From the NCBI GenBank assembly GCA_951406725.2, contig OX597822.1:76942001-77006000 (forward strand): 64,000 bases of DNA, written 5' to 3'. The notes under the pieces were generated by a model that saw only the letters and a list, made by a program, of their open reading frames with translations, was not told the origin of the DNA and made no database searches. Source of the stretch: Octopus vulgaris (lineage: Eukaryota). The first letter of the stretch is position 1; the number at the start of each line of letters is the position of its first letter. Both the position numbers and the translations under genes were made by a program. Positions 13,360 to 27,723 of this stretch are shown here, one piece after another.

Positions 13360-13748
13360 GGCGCAGGAGTGGCTGTGTGGTTAGTAGCTTGCTTACCAAC
13401 CATATGGTTCCAGGTTCAGTCCCACTGCATGGCATCTTCGGCTAGTGTCTTCTACAATAGCCTCAGGCAAACCAAAGCCTTGTGAGTGGATTTGGTAGAT
13501 GGAAACTGAAAGAAGCCCATTGTATATATATATATGTGTGGGTTTGTGTTTGTCCCCCCCAACATTGCTTGACAACTGATGCTGGTGTGTTTACATCCCC
13601 ATAATTTAGCAGTTTGGCAAAAGAGACCGATAGAATAAGTACTAGGCTTACAAAGAATAAGTCCTGCAGTCAATTTGCTTGACTAAAGGCAGTGCTCCAG
13701 CATGGCCACAGTCACATGACTGAAACAAGTAAAAAAGAGTAAAAGAGT
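13360..13748 (+). mobile_element. SINE family A copy
   Basis: Colinear with the 24219 copy along its length. Confidence 0.88.
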
Positions 13749-16700
13749 ATTAGATAATGCCGACTTATCTGAGAAAAACAGTGGGGTTGGTCATGGTTAG
13801 AATGATTTTGGTCATAGATCTGCTCAATCATAACTGACCTCAGGACTAAGCAACAACAACAAGTATTTAAGCTTGCTACCCTCAATTTTTCCCACTTCAT
13901 CAAGCGCTGGAGATCAAATAATAATTACCAGCAAACTTCAAAAGGAAAGTTGAAAGAAAACCATTTTAAAGTTAACAACTTTAAAAACGAATATAGAAAA
14001 CTGTTGCATATTTTCTTTAATCATCCATACCTATAACAAAATTATGTATATCACCTGTTTTTTTGTTTTTTTTACCTTTCATTCAAAATCTAAATTCTGA
14101 ATTTTTTTATAAATCTGTGGTACACCAAGATACCATATGGGGAACACCAGTGCAATGTGGGGAACCCATTGAGAGTTTCTGATTTGACATAAGATTAATT
14201 CATTTTTGTATTTGGTTTTCAAGATTCTTGACGGGAATTTGTGTGTTGAAACAAATTTTGTTGTCTTGGGAGGGTCATTATGCCAATTGTAATAATAAAT
14301 ACACACACTGGTTCAATATCACTTCTTTATTGCTACTGAAATATCAAACCACTTAATTAATCAATCATTTGATTAATGTGCTGGTTGTTTGTGAATGGAA
14401 GTCCTTTCGTTGTTATGACTTGCCCTCTCTCTGCAAGGTCTGCTCAGAATCTGTCTGAGAATTGGTTTTAGGTGTGTGTGCAAGTATGCTTGTATGTGTG
14501 TATGTAGATGTGTGTTTGTTTAGGAGAGGAGGTCAGGGTGAGTGTAAATGAAAAGTTTGTGTATGTAAGTGTGTGTGTGTGCGTGATTGCTTGTGTACAC
14601 TCATATGACTGCTTGTATGTGTGTTTGTGTGTTTTTGTGTGTGTGCATTAGCCAGCCATAACCTTTTTAAGGGTTCGGCCTTTTGTTCAAAGTCAGTCCA
14701 GCTTCAGACCTCCTGTGATTCACTTGTCATCCTGTAGAGATTTACAGGTGTAGTTCCTAAGATTATCATTATCACCATTGACATTGCAGTGGATTAGCTG
14801 AATATTGTATACTGAAACTGTATACCCCTCCTGGTTAAAAGTGGTAGTAACCAGCCATTATAAATAGACCATTAACCAGTTGACAGAAGAAGGTCAAGAG
14901 TATGTGTAGACTGTGTTGATAGTCGTGTCTGTGCTGATATAGTAATTATACTGTGGTACAGAGTGGACATGACATCGATTCAACCTTTTGAGGATAATAA
15001 CACTGTATGACTGGAGGTCGTACAGTGCCAGATAGAAGAATTCTATCAACAACTTTGGTATATAACAATATCTGTCCAAGCAGCAACCGTTGTCAAAAGA
15101 TAGATACAACAGTGGCAAAAGACTGCTTTACAACACAGAATCAGTGGAGTGTTAGGTAAAGTATCTTGTGAATGTATCGTTACATTCTAAGTTCAAATCT
15201 TCTTAAAGTCAATTTTACTTTTCATCATTTTAGGCGAATGGGTGGGAGGTGACTGCTTTATAGCCTTCCTTAGGCCAATCCCTATTTTTCTAAGACATTC
15301 CACTGGTCTCCCGCAGACAATGTGAAATATAAGCATGGGGGTGAGGTTTGTGTCTTGGTTCCCGCCACTACCTGACAGCCAGGTTTGGTTTCTTTACGTT
15401 CCTGTAACTTAGCAGATCAGCAAACGGATTGATAGACTATGTACCAAGCTTTATTTTAAAAAAAGTACTGGTATCAATTAATTCTACCAAAACCTCTTCA
15501 AAGCAGTGCCCCAGCATCACTGAAAGAAAAAAAGAAAAAGATATTTCTTTCACTTTCTCTTCTCACTGTATCTTTCTCTCTATCATCCTAGACATCCTTT
15601 CTTACTTTGTGTCTCTCTCTCTCTCCCCCAACCCTTTCTCTACATTGCTACCTCTCCTCTGGCACCATGACTCCAACCACCTCACTTTCCTGCTACCACT
15701 ACTTCTCTAGCTTAATTCCACCACCTCCACCACAATCACCATGACTAGCACCCAACCATCGCTACCACCAACACCACCTCCACATCCATCACCACTACCA
15801 CCAACACCTCCACCACAGCCACCAACAACAACACCGCCACCACTACTACAGCCGTCACTACCACCAGCACCACCACCACCCACTGCCACCAAAGAATATA
15901 CCAATACATTACAACTATGCCAGCACACACACCACCACTACCACCACCACTGCCGCCGCCATCCATGCTGCTGCCACCACTGTTCCGTTCCATTCTTGAT
16001 CTAAACCAAATCAGCAAAAGCCATCAGAAAAAGATGGACAGCAGAGTTTCGTAGCTGAAATCAAGTTAAGATTATTGTCAAAGACACAGGATAGCACTTC
16101 ACAACAATTACAGAATTTTCCACAAGAATTTCCTGTCTAACAAGAGAAGCAACAAACTATGAATTAGCAACCATTCTCTTGTAGTCTTCAGTCAGGCTTC
16201 ACTGGAGTTCTTGCTTTCGTTCTTTCCTCCCTTCTTTGTTGCTTTCTTTGATTGCATCTTCCTTTCTTTCTTTCTTTCTTTTTTTCTTTTGTATATATAT
16301 ATTTTTTTTCTTGTGTTCACTCTCTGTGTTGGCTGCAGATTTATAGCACTGTATATATGCCAGTGTGTGTAGGGGTATACATATACACGCAGGCACACAT
16401 ACACACACACACAGTTATACACACATGTATGTATGTATGTATCCATCTGTCTATCTATATGTGTGTGTATGTATACAAACATGCACACACACACATATAT
16501 ATACATAGATATGAGTAAGTAAATTTATGTGTGTAAAAGTATCTGCATGTATATATGACTTAAGTGTGTATGTATATATATATATATGTATATATATACA
16601 TACATAAAATACACACACACAACACATGCATACACACACACATGCACACAATGCACAAAGACATACATACACATGCATGAACACACATGCATGTGCACAC

Positions 16701-17126
16701 ACACATGCACATACATATGCACAAGCACACATGCACACACATGCACAGACACACATATGCACATGCATGCACACACACACACACACATACACATACAAGC
16801 AACAGATTGACAAAGGTAAAAAAAGAATACATGTGTGGGTGGGTGGGTTTCTATTTTAAATTAAAGCTACCCTATTATACAGAAAAATCTGTAAAATCCT
16901 CCAGACTTACAGAATGCATAAATTCTACATCTATAACTAATATTACCAGTTGCACATTTAGTCTGTAAGTGCAGGCATGGCTGTGTGGTAAGAAACTTGC
17001 CTCTGAACCACATGGTTCCAAGTTCACTCCCACTGCATGGCATTTGGGGCAACTGTCTTCTACTATAGCCTCGGGCCATCGAAAGCCTTGGGGGTAGATT
17101 TGTTAGATGGAAACTGAAAACCTGTC

Positions 17127-17158
<32 letters not shown>

Positions 17159-17372
17159 TTATTTATTTTATTCTTTTACTTGTTTCAGTCATTTGACTGG
17201 GACCATGCTGGAGCACTGCCTTTTTGTTGAAAAAATCAACCCCTGAACTTATTCTTTGTAAGCCTGGTACTTATTCTATCAGTCACTTCTGCCGAACCAC
17301 TAAGTTACGGAGATATAAACACACCAACATTGGTTGTCAAGTGATAGCAGGTCGACAAAGACACACATATAC

Positions 17373-17426
<54 letters not shown>

Positions 17427-18682
17427 CAAAATGGGACAAGAACGCAAAACATCCAGACAGTTAGGTGATACAAAAAGGGACAACAAAACATTCAGATAGA
17501 CAATACAAAGAAAGCAAGGATGGGTCATTCGAAGTTTTCTTTCCTCAGTCGAGTTCTGGATTATGTTTGCAATTTCGGCTGGTTATACTCGAGATTACTC
17601 CAATCTGGCCAGCCCCAAGGAAAAACAAAATTAAGAGCATTAGATTCCTTGGAAGAAAGCAGCGAATGTATACGAAAACAAGGACTGTAAAAAATGGAGA
17701 ATGTTACACAAATACAAATAACAGGACAAAACAGGTGTCTTTCGACTAAGGACAAATTAAATTAAGCTGGCGTGTGAAGAAGTAAAGCCTTACGCCAGGG
17801 ATACAAGATTTCACAGGCACAGGGAGGAATATAGATGTTGCACGGACAATGGCTGAACCAAGAAAGAAAGGTCAGGCTTGGCCGAATACCTGTCACGTGG
17901 GGAGAGAAGAGAGAGAGGTAGAATGGTTTGCACACCAGGCAAAATGCTTGGTGGCATTTTAACCATCTTTGTGCTCTGAGTTTAAATTTTCCCAAGGTTA
18001 GTTTTTACTTTCGTCCTTTCAGGGTCAATAAAATAAGTACCCGTTGAGTACTCACTTTAAACCACCACCACCCCCCGCCTAATTGCTGGCCTTGTGTCAA
18101 AATTTGAAACCATTGTAAATACAGTTTATTCTTTCATTGAAGGCTCCAACAGTTTTCAGTGCCTCAACCAACATAGGACTTTCAGGCTCTCAGACCATCC
18201 TTCAATTTCCATTTCGTTCAATAGCTCTGCTACAGTGACCAAGTCATATCTTTTATTTGTTACCTGCTGGAAAAATGGTAAAGTAGGGGTTAACTTCTGC
18301 TTAATCAGGGAACAAACAATTGTGCTATTGTGATATTTACTTCCAGTGTTCCTATATAACTTTCACCACACCCACCACCACCATCACCTCCAAAACCAAC
18401 AATATTAACAGAGGAATGTCTGATGAAAGAATTTGCAGCTACTTTGAACAACTTAGATGACTTTTTAATCTTTTGCTTGTCCAAGGCATTTTCATAAGCA
18501 GACATTTAGTTAGCCCTTGTTTTATACATTCTGGGTTAAATGAAGCTTTCCTTTCATAACTCCTGAATTACTCTGGTGATTGACAAAATTTAAGAATATG
18601 TTTCATGTATGATGCATGAACACCCAGGAAATATGCCAAGTATCATCATCATCATTATCATTATTTAACATCCTTTTTCTAT

Positions 18683-18850
18683 CAGGGCTGGCCCTAGGGT
18701 TGCTGGCACCCTGAGTAAACTGAACTTTGGCACCCTTACAAGTATAATTTTTTAAAACTTTCACAAGGAGAAAAAGTGAAAATGTAGGCTAAAAAAGTAC
18801 ATGGTACCCCAGGTGGCTGCCCGAGTTATGGGTACCTTGAGCCAGCCCTG
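18683..18850. mobile_element. hAT-like MITE inside a family C copy
   Basis: TIR CAGGGCTGGC ... GCCAGCCCTG; degenerate possible 8-bp TSD. Confidence 0.6.
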
Positions 18851-19084
18851 TGCTTCATGCTGGTATGAGGGGAACAGTTTGACAGGTACCAATTTGACTA
18901 AGAACAGCATGAAGCTCCAATGTTTACTTTGGCAAAGTTTCTATGGCTGGGTGCCTTTCCTAATGCCAAAAACCCTTAACTCTGAGAATACTTTAATTTA
19001 GAATAACAGATTCTTTAATCTAAGGTTTTTTAATCCTCTGCCTGTCCAGAACATTCTCATAAGTTTGTCCTAAACATCCATGCT

Positions 19085-19333
19085 TGCCGGTGCTATCTGA
19101 CTGGCTCCTATGCCAGTGGCACATAAAAAGCACCATTTGAGCATGGTCGTTGCCAGTGCTGTCTGACTGGCTCCCGTGCCAGTGGCATGTAAAAAGCACC
19201 ATTCAAGCATGGTCATTGCCAGTACGGCCTGACTAGCTCCTGTGCCAGTGGAATGTAAAAAGCACCATTCAGGCATGGTCAATACCAGTACTGCTTGACT
19301 GGCCCTTGTGCTGGTGGCATGTAAAAAGCACCC
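19085..19333 (+). repeat. 66-bp tandem repeat (~3.7 copies) in a family C element
   Basis: Units start at 19085, 19151, 19217 and ~19283; followed by the family C tail to ~19490. Confidence 0.9.
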
Positions 19334-21805
19334 ACTACACTCTCGGAGTGGTTGGTGTTAGGAAGGGCATCAAGCTGTAGAAACCTTGCCAGATTAGATT
19401 GGAGCCTGGTGCAGCCTTCTGGCTTGCCAGCCCATAGTCAAACCGTCAAACCCATGCTGGCATGGAAAGCAGACGTTAAACAACGATGATGTGATGTTAT
19501 TTCATTCAGTGAGTCTTGTTAGTCATCACCAAATGTTTCATTTACTTTGCTCCTGTGAAAATCTTTTTGATTTGATCTTGCTGGGAATGAGCAAAGTGAC
19601 GGTCAGTGGCCCAGTGGTTAGGTTGTAGCATTCATGATTGTAAGATTATCGTTTCAATTCCCAGACTGGAGAGAGCATTGTGTTCTTGAGCAAAACACTT
19701 CATTTCATATTGCTCCAGTTCATTCAACTGTGAATGAATTCCAACAATGACTGGGAAGTTAACCCTGAGACAAACTAGCATCCTATCCAGGTAAGAATAT
19801 TGTGACTTTTGTCATATAATAGATTGGATTTTCCAGCCCTAATAAATCTTAGGACTTACAACAGACCTAGCAAATAGCCTAAGGCAGTGAACTACAGAAT
19901 TATTGAAATATTGGTCAAAATTCTTCACTGTACTCATTCCAGCTCTGTCTTTGAGTTTTGAGAGCCAAGACATCTTATCTGCATTTTAACTGTCATGATG
20001 GTATCTTGCAAAAAAAAAAAAAAAAAGGAAGAAGAAATATCCAGGTTCCAACTTTAAGAATTAAAAAGTATATTCTTCCCCAAACATCCATTTAATGTTT
20101 GAAATGTCGAATTGATGAAAGCTAATTCTTCAAACTTTAATATTTTTTCTTTTTCTTCTTTGATTAAGAAGATTGTTTGAAAGATCACATCTTTTGATAT
20201 TACTGTATTTGATGGCACAAAAAGATGCACAGGCATACTACACACACTCTATCATTATCATCATAATCATTATTTAATGTCTGTTTTCTGTGCTGGCATG
20301 AGTTGGATGGTTTCATGAAAGCTGGAAAACCATAGGACTGCACCCAAGTTCTTCTGTCTGCTTTGACATGGTTTCTATGACTGGGTGCTTTCCTAATGCC
20401 AACCACTTCACAGAGTGTACCAAGTGCTTTATGCATGGCACTAGCATGGATTGTTTGTATGCGGCACCAGCATAAGTGCTTTTACATAGCACTACTAAAA
20501 AAATTTGTTAGCATGTAGATGCAGGAGTGGCTGTGTGGTAAGTATCTTGCTTACAAGCCACATGGTTCTGGGTTCTCATCCCACTGCATGGCACCTTTGG
20601 CAAGTGTCTTCTACTATAGCCTCAAGCCAGCCAAAGCCTTGAGAGTGGATTTAATAGACAGAAACTACCATCCACAACAAGTCACTTTCAGGGCACTTGA
20701 CCATTTAACATCCTACTACTATCATAGCACACTCATTCTTCTTCTTCTCTGCCAAGAATTCACAACGACCTCGAACCCACAAGAGACAGGCAGAAACAAG
20801 GAAAATGCCACTTGTATTTGAACACTATGCAAATATTCTTTTTAAAAATTTTTCATTTAATTCCAAAATTTAATTGTTTCCCATACTTACAGTTGAAAAA
20901 GTCTCAATGACCGAAAACCGGTACTGAAATGTTTTTTATGAAATCATTTTAGCATTTTCTACCTTGACTTTTTTCCCATATGTATGTGTGTCTGTGTTTG
21001 GCTCCACCACCATCGCTGATGTTGTTTAGTGTTTTAGAAAAGTGACCGATAGAATAAGTACTAGGATTACAGAGAATAAGTCCTGGGGTCAATTTGTTCG
21101 ACTGAAGATGGTGCTCCAGCATGGCCACAGTCAAATGACTGAAACAAATAAAAGAATAAAAGAACATTATGTTTTTTGCGCCACCAAATATGGTACTTGT
21201 TATAAGTCAAACTAATGAAGGAGCCTGTTTATGGTCATCCAAACTGTTAGAAAGACTAACCAAATTTCACTGAAATCACAAAAAAATAAATGACACATTA
21301 AATATTATATTCCAAGATACACTATCACTGAAAATAAGACATGATGGGCATCGTTGAAATGGCTTTCATCTCAGTTCTGCTCATTGAAGATATGCCGGAA
21401 GCAAAATAGCAACTATTATTATGACTACAACCACAACAATAACAACAACAACAACCACCATTATACCTACATCCAGTGTTCTATTGTCATGGTTTGGACT
21501 ACCAGTTAAAACTCAATATGGACTGGAGCTACCTACAACAACAACAACAGCAACAACATCCACAATATCAACATCATTTCTATTCTGTGAGTCATCACTG
21601 TTTGGTCAGCTGCATCTGAAAGATGGAAAGGTTCCTGTAATGAATAGATACGTTCGTGGGAGGGGCCGGGGGGAGGAATGTGTTTGTGTGTGTTCACACG
21701 TACACATACACACACCTATATATATATATATATATATACATACCCATTCATATACATACATATATATGCATATAAATATGCAATTACATATATATGTGTG
21801 TATGG

Positions 21806-21846
<41 letters not shown>

Positions 21847-21991
21847 GACACATATATAAATATATATATACACATAATATAGACATATATATATATAAAT
21901 ATATATATATACATAATATAGACATATATAAATATATATATATACACACATAATATAGACATATATATATATATACTCACATAATATAGAC

Positions 21992-22022
<31 letters not shown>

Positions 22023-22193
22023 GACATACATGCATGCACATATATACACTATACACACATGGTATGAATATACATGTCCTACCTTTAAACAGATACACAC
22101 AACCACTCATATATATATACACATATATACATATATGCATCCATATATACATATACATACATATATATGAATATATACCTATAGCTGTCCATA

Positions 22194-22236
<43 letters not shown>

Positions 22237-22869
22237 ACACACGGACACATACATGTACAGACAATCCTCCCCTATATGCACAACAGAACACAACCCACAC
22301 ATACATAAATGTGCATATATTCAGCCATACACACACACACACACTCTCACACACACACACACATTGTATAAACTTGCAGGTAAACAATACAACAGCTTTT
22401 GAATAACATTTGTTGTAATGACATTCAACAACAACAGCATCAACAACAACAACAACAACAATACAATATAAACAACAGCAAAAGCAACAACAACAACAAC
22501 ATCAACAGCTGTACGGATAACATGAAAACATCAACAACAGTTAGAACAACAACAACAAAACAAATATGGTTCCATTGAGCTAAATGCATTAAGAAGTGCA
22601 GCCACAGCAGAATCCTTTTTGTTGTGCATCTCTTAATTTGTTGATTACTCAGCAGCAGAAACAGGACTGTACCCTGCATCCCCCCACCACACACACACAT
22701 TCCATCCAGTCGTCCACACCACCACCGCTCACCCACCCCTATTGCACCTCTTTTTTTTTTTTTTTTTTTTACCACGTCTCTACCACCACTGACCCCAATC
22801 TTCTCCGGGCCCCACACCGCATCAACAACTACAGCGCTTATCAAAGTCGTGCAACACTCACACGATCCA

Positions 22870-23530
22870 CCCCGACAACAACAACAACGACAACAACAAC
22901 AACGACAACAACAACAACTACTACTACTACTACTGCTACTACTACTGCAAAAACGTTATCCACCACCACCACCACCCCCACCAACTACAACATCAACAAC
23001 AATAACACTGATGTTTTTGCTGTTCCGCTATTCAAAATTATACAACACTAATAGTTCTAATATGACTAACAACAACAACAACAACAACAACACAATCAGT
23101 GAACACCACAAAAGCCGCTGCCATCAACACCACCACTACCACCACCACCACCACTATAAGCATCGCCATCACAACTACCACCAACACTACTTCAGATATC
23201 ACTACTCAGACAACACCACTGCTACAGCCATCACACCCACCACCACCACCACCACTACTACTAGCATATCAACCCTTATCACTACCACCACAACCACCAT
23301 CACCACCACCACTACCACTATCACAAAAACCACTGCCACCACCACCACTACCACCACACCTACTGCAGACATCACTACTCCACCACTAACACCTCCACTA
23401 CCACCACAACTACTGCAGAGATCACTACTCTACCACAAACAACAACACTACCACCACCATCGCCACTACCACCTCAACTGCTATCACCACTACCACATCC
23501 ACCACTACCACCACCACCAACACACCTATC
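22870..23530. repeat. (ACC/AAC/ACT)n cryptic trinucleotide region (similar at 15700-15980)
   Basis: Directly visible low-complexity tract. Confidence 0.9.
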
Positions 23531-24067
23531 ACAAACCTGCCAGTCAAAATCATACATATACATCAGCATTTAATCAATAATCCACCCAACCACCTACCCC
23601 TACAAATACCACCCCCATACACACCCACATTAATCTGTCTCTCTCTCTTTCTCTTCAGCCACCTCTACCCATCTCTCCATTGAATAGCTTTCATTTCTCT
23701 CTTCCCACCTCACCATTATCTTCTCACCTCCCTCTCTCTTTTTCCTCTTCCTCTTCCCCCTTTGTATCTGCCTCCTTCTCTTTGTCTCTTGATTATCAAA
23801 CCATCACCACCACCACCGCCATCATTATTGCTGTGTTCATTCTTTCTTGTCTTCATCACCATCATCAGCATCACAAGTAGTAGCATCCTCCTCCTTCTTT
23901 TTTCCTTTTCTTCCTTTTCTTTTCTCTCTGCAATGGCCTCATGACAGTCTTTTTGCTTAATTGTCTTGGTACCAAAGCATCAGGAGATACATTCATAAAA
24001 TCCAAGATGGTAGATAGGGACAAGAGAACGCACTTCATTATTATTATTACTACTACTATTATTACTG

Positions 24068-24102
<35 letters not shown>

Positions 24103-24218
24103 ATTTCCAGAGCATATATATATATAGATAAATATATATATTGGTCTTGAAGAAGACTCTGAGAAGAGCATTGACCAATGAGACTCTTGCTGTTTTTGTT
24201 TGTTTGCTATCAAACATA

Positions 24219-24620
24219 GGCGCAGGAATGGCTGTGGGGTAAGTAGCTTGCTTACCAACCACATGGTTCCGGGTTCAGTCCCACTGCGTGGAACCTTGGG
24301 CAAGTATCTTCTACTATAGCCTCGGGTCGACCAAAGCCTTGTGAGTGGATTTGGTAGACGGAAACTGAAAGAAGCCCGTCGTATATATGTGTATATGTAT
24401 ATGTGTGTATATGTTTGTGTGTCTGTGTTTGTCCCCTCAACATCTCTTGACAACCGATGCTGGTGTGTTTATGTCCCTGTAACTTAGCGGCTTGGCAAAA
24501 GAGACCGATAGAATAAGTACTAGGCTTACAAAGAATAAGTCCCAGGGTTGATTTGCTTGACTAAAGGCGGTGCTCCAGCATGGCCACAGTCAAATGACTG
24601 AAACAAGTAAAAGAGTAAAA
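24219..24620 (+). mobile_element. SINE family A (tRNA-like head, central microsatellite, LINE-like tail), near full length
   Basis: Head ggcgcagg..tggctgtgtggt..ggttcagtccc, core ccttgggcaagt..gccttgtgagtggatttggtagacggaaactg, tail cagcatggccacagtcaaatgactgaaac(aagtaaaag)n. More than 12 copies in the window. Confidence 0.9.
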
Positions 24621-24982
24621 GTATTAATTCTACCACTTTGCCAAACAGTTGGAGTTTGCAGTTTGTTTTTTGGAATATTCCTGGCAAAAATATCTTCATT
24701 CTCTTTTCTGCTAATGGTCGTTAGGCCTTATAAGGCAAAAAAAAAAAATAATAATAAATAAGCACGAACATAAAAAAGAAAAACAATTACTTTTGAGTTG
24801 TGGTAGCAACAGTGTGGCCGTGTGGTTAAGAAGCCTGATTCCCAACCATGTGATCTTGGGTTCAATTCCACTGTGTGTCATCTTGGGCATGTGTCTTTTT
24901 CTATAGTCCTGGGCTCACCAAAGCCTTGTGAGTGGGTTTGGTAAATGGAAACTGAAAGAAGCCCTTCATGTATGTGTGTATG

Positions 24983-25036
<54 letters not shown>

Positions 25037-25174
25037 ATGAGAGGTAATAGTGTCATTGAGACCCAAAGGTGTCAGGTAATGCTGAATAAGTGCTATAGAT
25101 AAGACCATAGTTAAGTTCCAGTTTTGATGATTATGCGAATAAGGGGTTTAATGTTGGTCATATGTCAGCGTGTG

Positions 25175-25320
25175 TATAAATTTCTTTTTTTTTTTTTTGT
25201 AATGAGATAAAAAACCAAGGGTGTGTAGATTTTAGAACATTTATAGATATCTATCTATAAATGTTCTAAAATTTACACAGTCACAGGGTTTTTTATCTCA
25301 TTATGAAAAAAAAATTTATA
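25175..25320. repeat. AT-rich palindrome with 2-nt loop
   Basis: ttttagaacatttatagata-tc-tatctataaatgttctaaaa core, with outer arms aatgagataaaaaacc / ggttttttatctcatt. Confidence 0.9.
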
Positions 25321-25585
25321 TATATATATATATATTATAGTGGGGTAGGCTGGTTTATGGGAGTAACCCTGGATTTCACTCAAAGGGGTTTAGCCTTATG
25401 GTGTATCTTCAGACCCCAAACACTGCTGGCCTGAGATCTCCTGATTTATGTCTTTCTACAAACAATATATATAAATATATAAAAACATGATTAAAGATTA
25501 AAATCATTAAAAATTAATGAATCTTATCAGTGAACAGCATTTAAAAAAAAACATTTTAGTAAAATTCATTTATATATATATGTTT

Positions 25586-25720
25586 AAAATAATTTGAATA
25601 ATCCAAGATTGATCAATTCTGGGATAAGTATAATAACTCTTCCTTCATCAGTAGAATTTAGAAGAGTTATTATTATAATTATCCAGAAATTGATCAATCT
25701 AGGATTACCCAAATAATTTT
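25586..25720. repeat. Imperfect inverted repeat
   Basis: taatccaagattgatcaatt..ataactcttc / gaagagttat..aattgatcaatctaggatta. Confidence 0.85.
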
Positions 25721-25845
25721 TTGAATTTTTGGTTTGTTCACTTTTCCCGCTTTCAACCTGTGTATATTGAAGTGAATCTTGTATTGGTTGGACGTATTTG
25801 GAGTCATTTTCTAGCATATTGGCACAGTGGCTTCTGTGTCCTTAA

Positions 25846-26100
25846 TTATCTCCGCCTTAACGAAGGCAGAGGTATTGTTTTGAGTTGTATTTGTTTTTTC
25901 GTGGACAAGATATCTCAAGAACCGCTGGATGGATTTGGATGAAACTTTCAGGGATGTTTGGCCTCATGACTGGCATGAACTGATTAGATTTTGGGATCAA
26001 TCTGGTACCAGACAAGAATTCTTGATTATTTTTCCTGTTTTTTTTTTTTTTTTACTTAATTTTTGAGAGCAGTCAGGTTCATTTTTAGTATTCTCATTTG
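25846..26100 (+). mobile_element. Helentron/HINE (DINE-1-like) fragment
   Basis: 5' hairpin ctccgcctt-aacg-aaggcagag after TT, followed by gatatctcaagaaccgctggatggatttggatgaaactt, characteristic of HINE cores. 3' end uncertain. Confidence 0.55.
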
Positions 26101-27116
26101 TTCAACATTTTGGAAGTCACAGCCAAATATCTGCCTGAAATCACACTATTGTATTTATCCTCTTCTTCACCATCCTTTAACATTCCTGTTCCATGTTGGC
26201 ATGGGTTAGATGAGTTGACAGGATCCAATGTGTCCTATGTTCCAGGGTCTGCTCTTGTATGGTTTTGAATGGCCGGATACCCTTCCTAACACCAACCACT
26301 TTACAACATGTATTGGGTGCTTTTTTTTCATGCCATGTTGTCACCATGCAGCCAGCAAGAATATGAACCATAAGATGAGGACGTGGTTTTATGTTAGGAA
26401 ATGATGACTTAAAGACAGAAAAGGGAGGAAACAGAGCAGGTTCTTGGTGTAGAGGAGCTGCATGGCTCCTCACATCATTTAGGAGAGAGGCTGAGAATGA
26501 GTTGTAAGCAATGCAAAGAGATAAAAAGTGGTAAAGAGGTGTCTAGGTGGACCCTCAAAAAACAAACAAAAAAAGAAAAGGAGACATTGAATAATGTAGT
26601 CCTAAATACACTTGGAATAGAGGGATGATCACCACTGAACTGCCTTTGATCACAGTTCTGCTGGGCTACAAGACAAGCTATGCACAACAGCAATCAGACA
26701 TAGTGTGTAAGAGAGATGACTAATCTAGTATGAAACTTATATTTGTGGGTGGATGGTGGCAGTTGGGTAAAGAAGTGTCAGAAAATCTAAATGGAAGAAG
26801 ACAACGATTATGAACATCATCGTCGTGATATATATTATCATCATCATTCCTATGTTTTTCTGTTTGTCTAAGTTGGATGTATCCTGTCCACCACAGCATC
26901 TTACCACATGTTGCATACCATGTCTGGTCAGTTCACTGTCATTAATTCATAATTTTTTTTTGGGGGGGGGGGTTGTCGGACCGAAGCTATAGTAGAAGAC
27001 ACTTGCCCAAGGTGCCACACAGTGGGACTGAACCCAGAACCATGTGGTTTGTGAGCAAGCTACTTATCACACAGCCACGAGTGCATTTGGAAGACGGAAA
27101 CTGAAAGAAGCTCGTC

Positions 27117-27162
<46 letters not shown>

Positions 27163-27688
27163 GTATATATATGTGTGTGTATATGTTTGTGTGTCTGTGT
27201 TTGTTCCCCCACCCAACATCGCTTGACAGCCGATGCTGATGTGTTTACGTCCCCGTAACTTAGTGGTTTGGCAAAAGAGACCGATAGAATAAGTACTAGG
27301 CTTACAAAGAATAAGTCCTGGGGTCAATTTGCTTGACTAAAGGCGATGCTCCAGCATGGCCACAGTCAAATGACTGAAACAAGTAAAAGAGCAAAATAGT
27401 TTTCAATTATTAATGGTGAGACACTATGGACATAGTTTCTTGGTAAACTTTCCTTATGGTGAACTTTCTTCATGGGAAATTGATGGCAATGAAATTACCG
27501 GTAATCATTGCATTCTTTTGTTGTATCTTGTTTGTGTGTTTCAGCTCCATAAGATTAGCTTTCACCATTCCTGCCCTGCTCATGGTTGCCATCTTCTTCC
27601 ACTTGAATCACCTGACACTCCTTTACCTAAATGTCAAAATTCATTTGCATCACATGTTCATACCAACACAGTCACCTCTCTTACACAT

Positions 27689-27689
<1 letters not shown>

Positions 27690-27723
<34 letters not shown>

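Noticed and set aside
13360-13430. tRNA genes at SINE heads
   Set aside because: Only degenerate A/B boxes, no complete cloverleaf, and always fused to SINE bodies.
17415-17925. Possible third hammerhead (minus-strand CUGAGGA near 17540; GGCUGG/CCAGCC-GAAA near 17570-17615)
   Set aside because: The core halves do not assemble: CUGAGGA is followed by GAAU, and the GAAA stem lacks an upstream CUGANGA. Left as an unclassified repeat.
22596-23580. Mucin-like Thr/His/Gln-rich ORFs
   Set aside because: Cryptic trinucleotide repeats open in multiple frames; no convincing splice sites linking them to the host gene.
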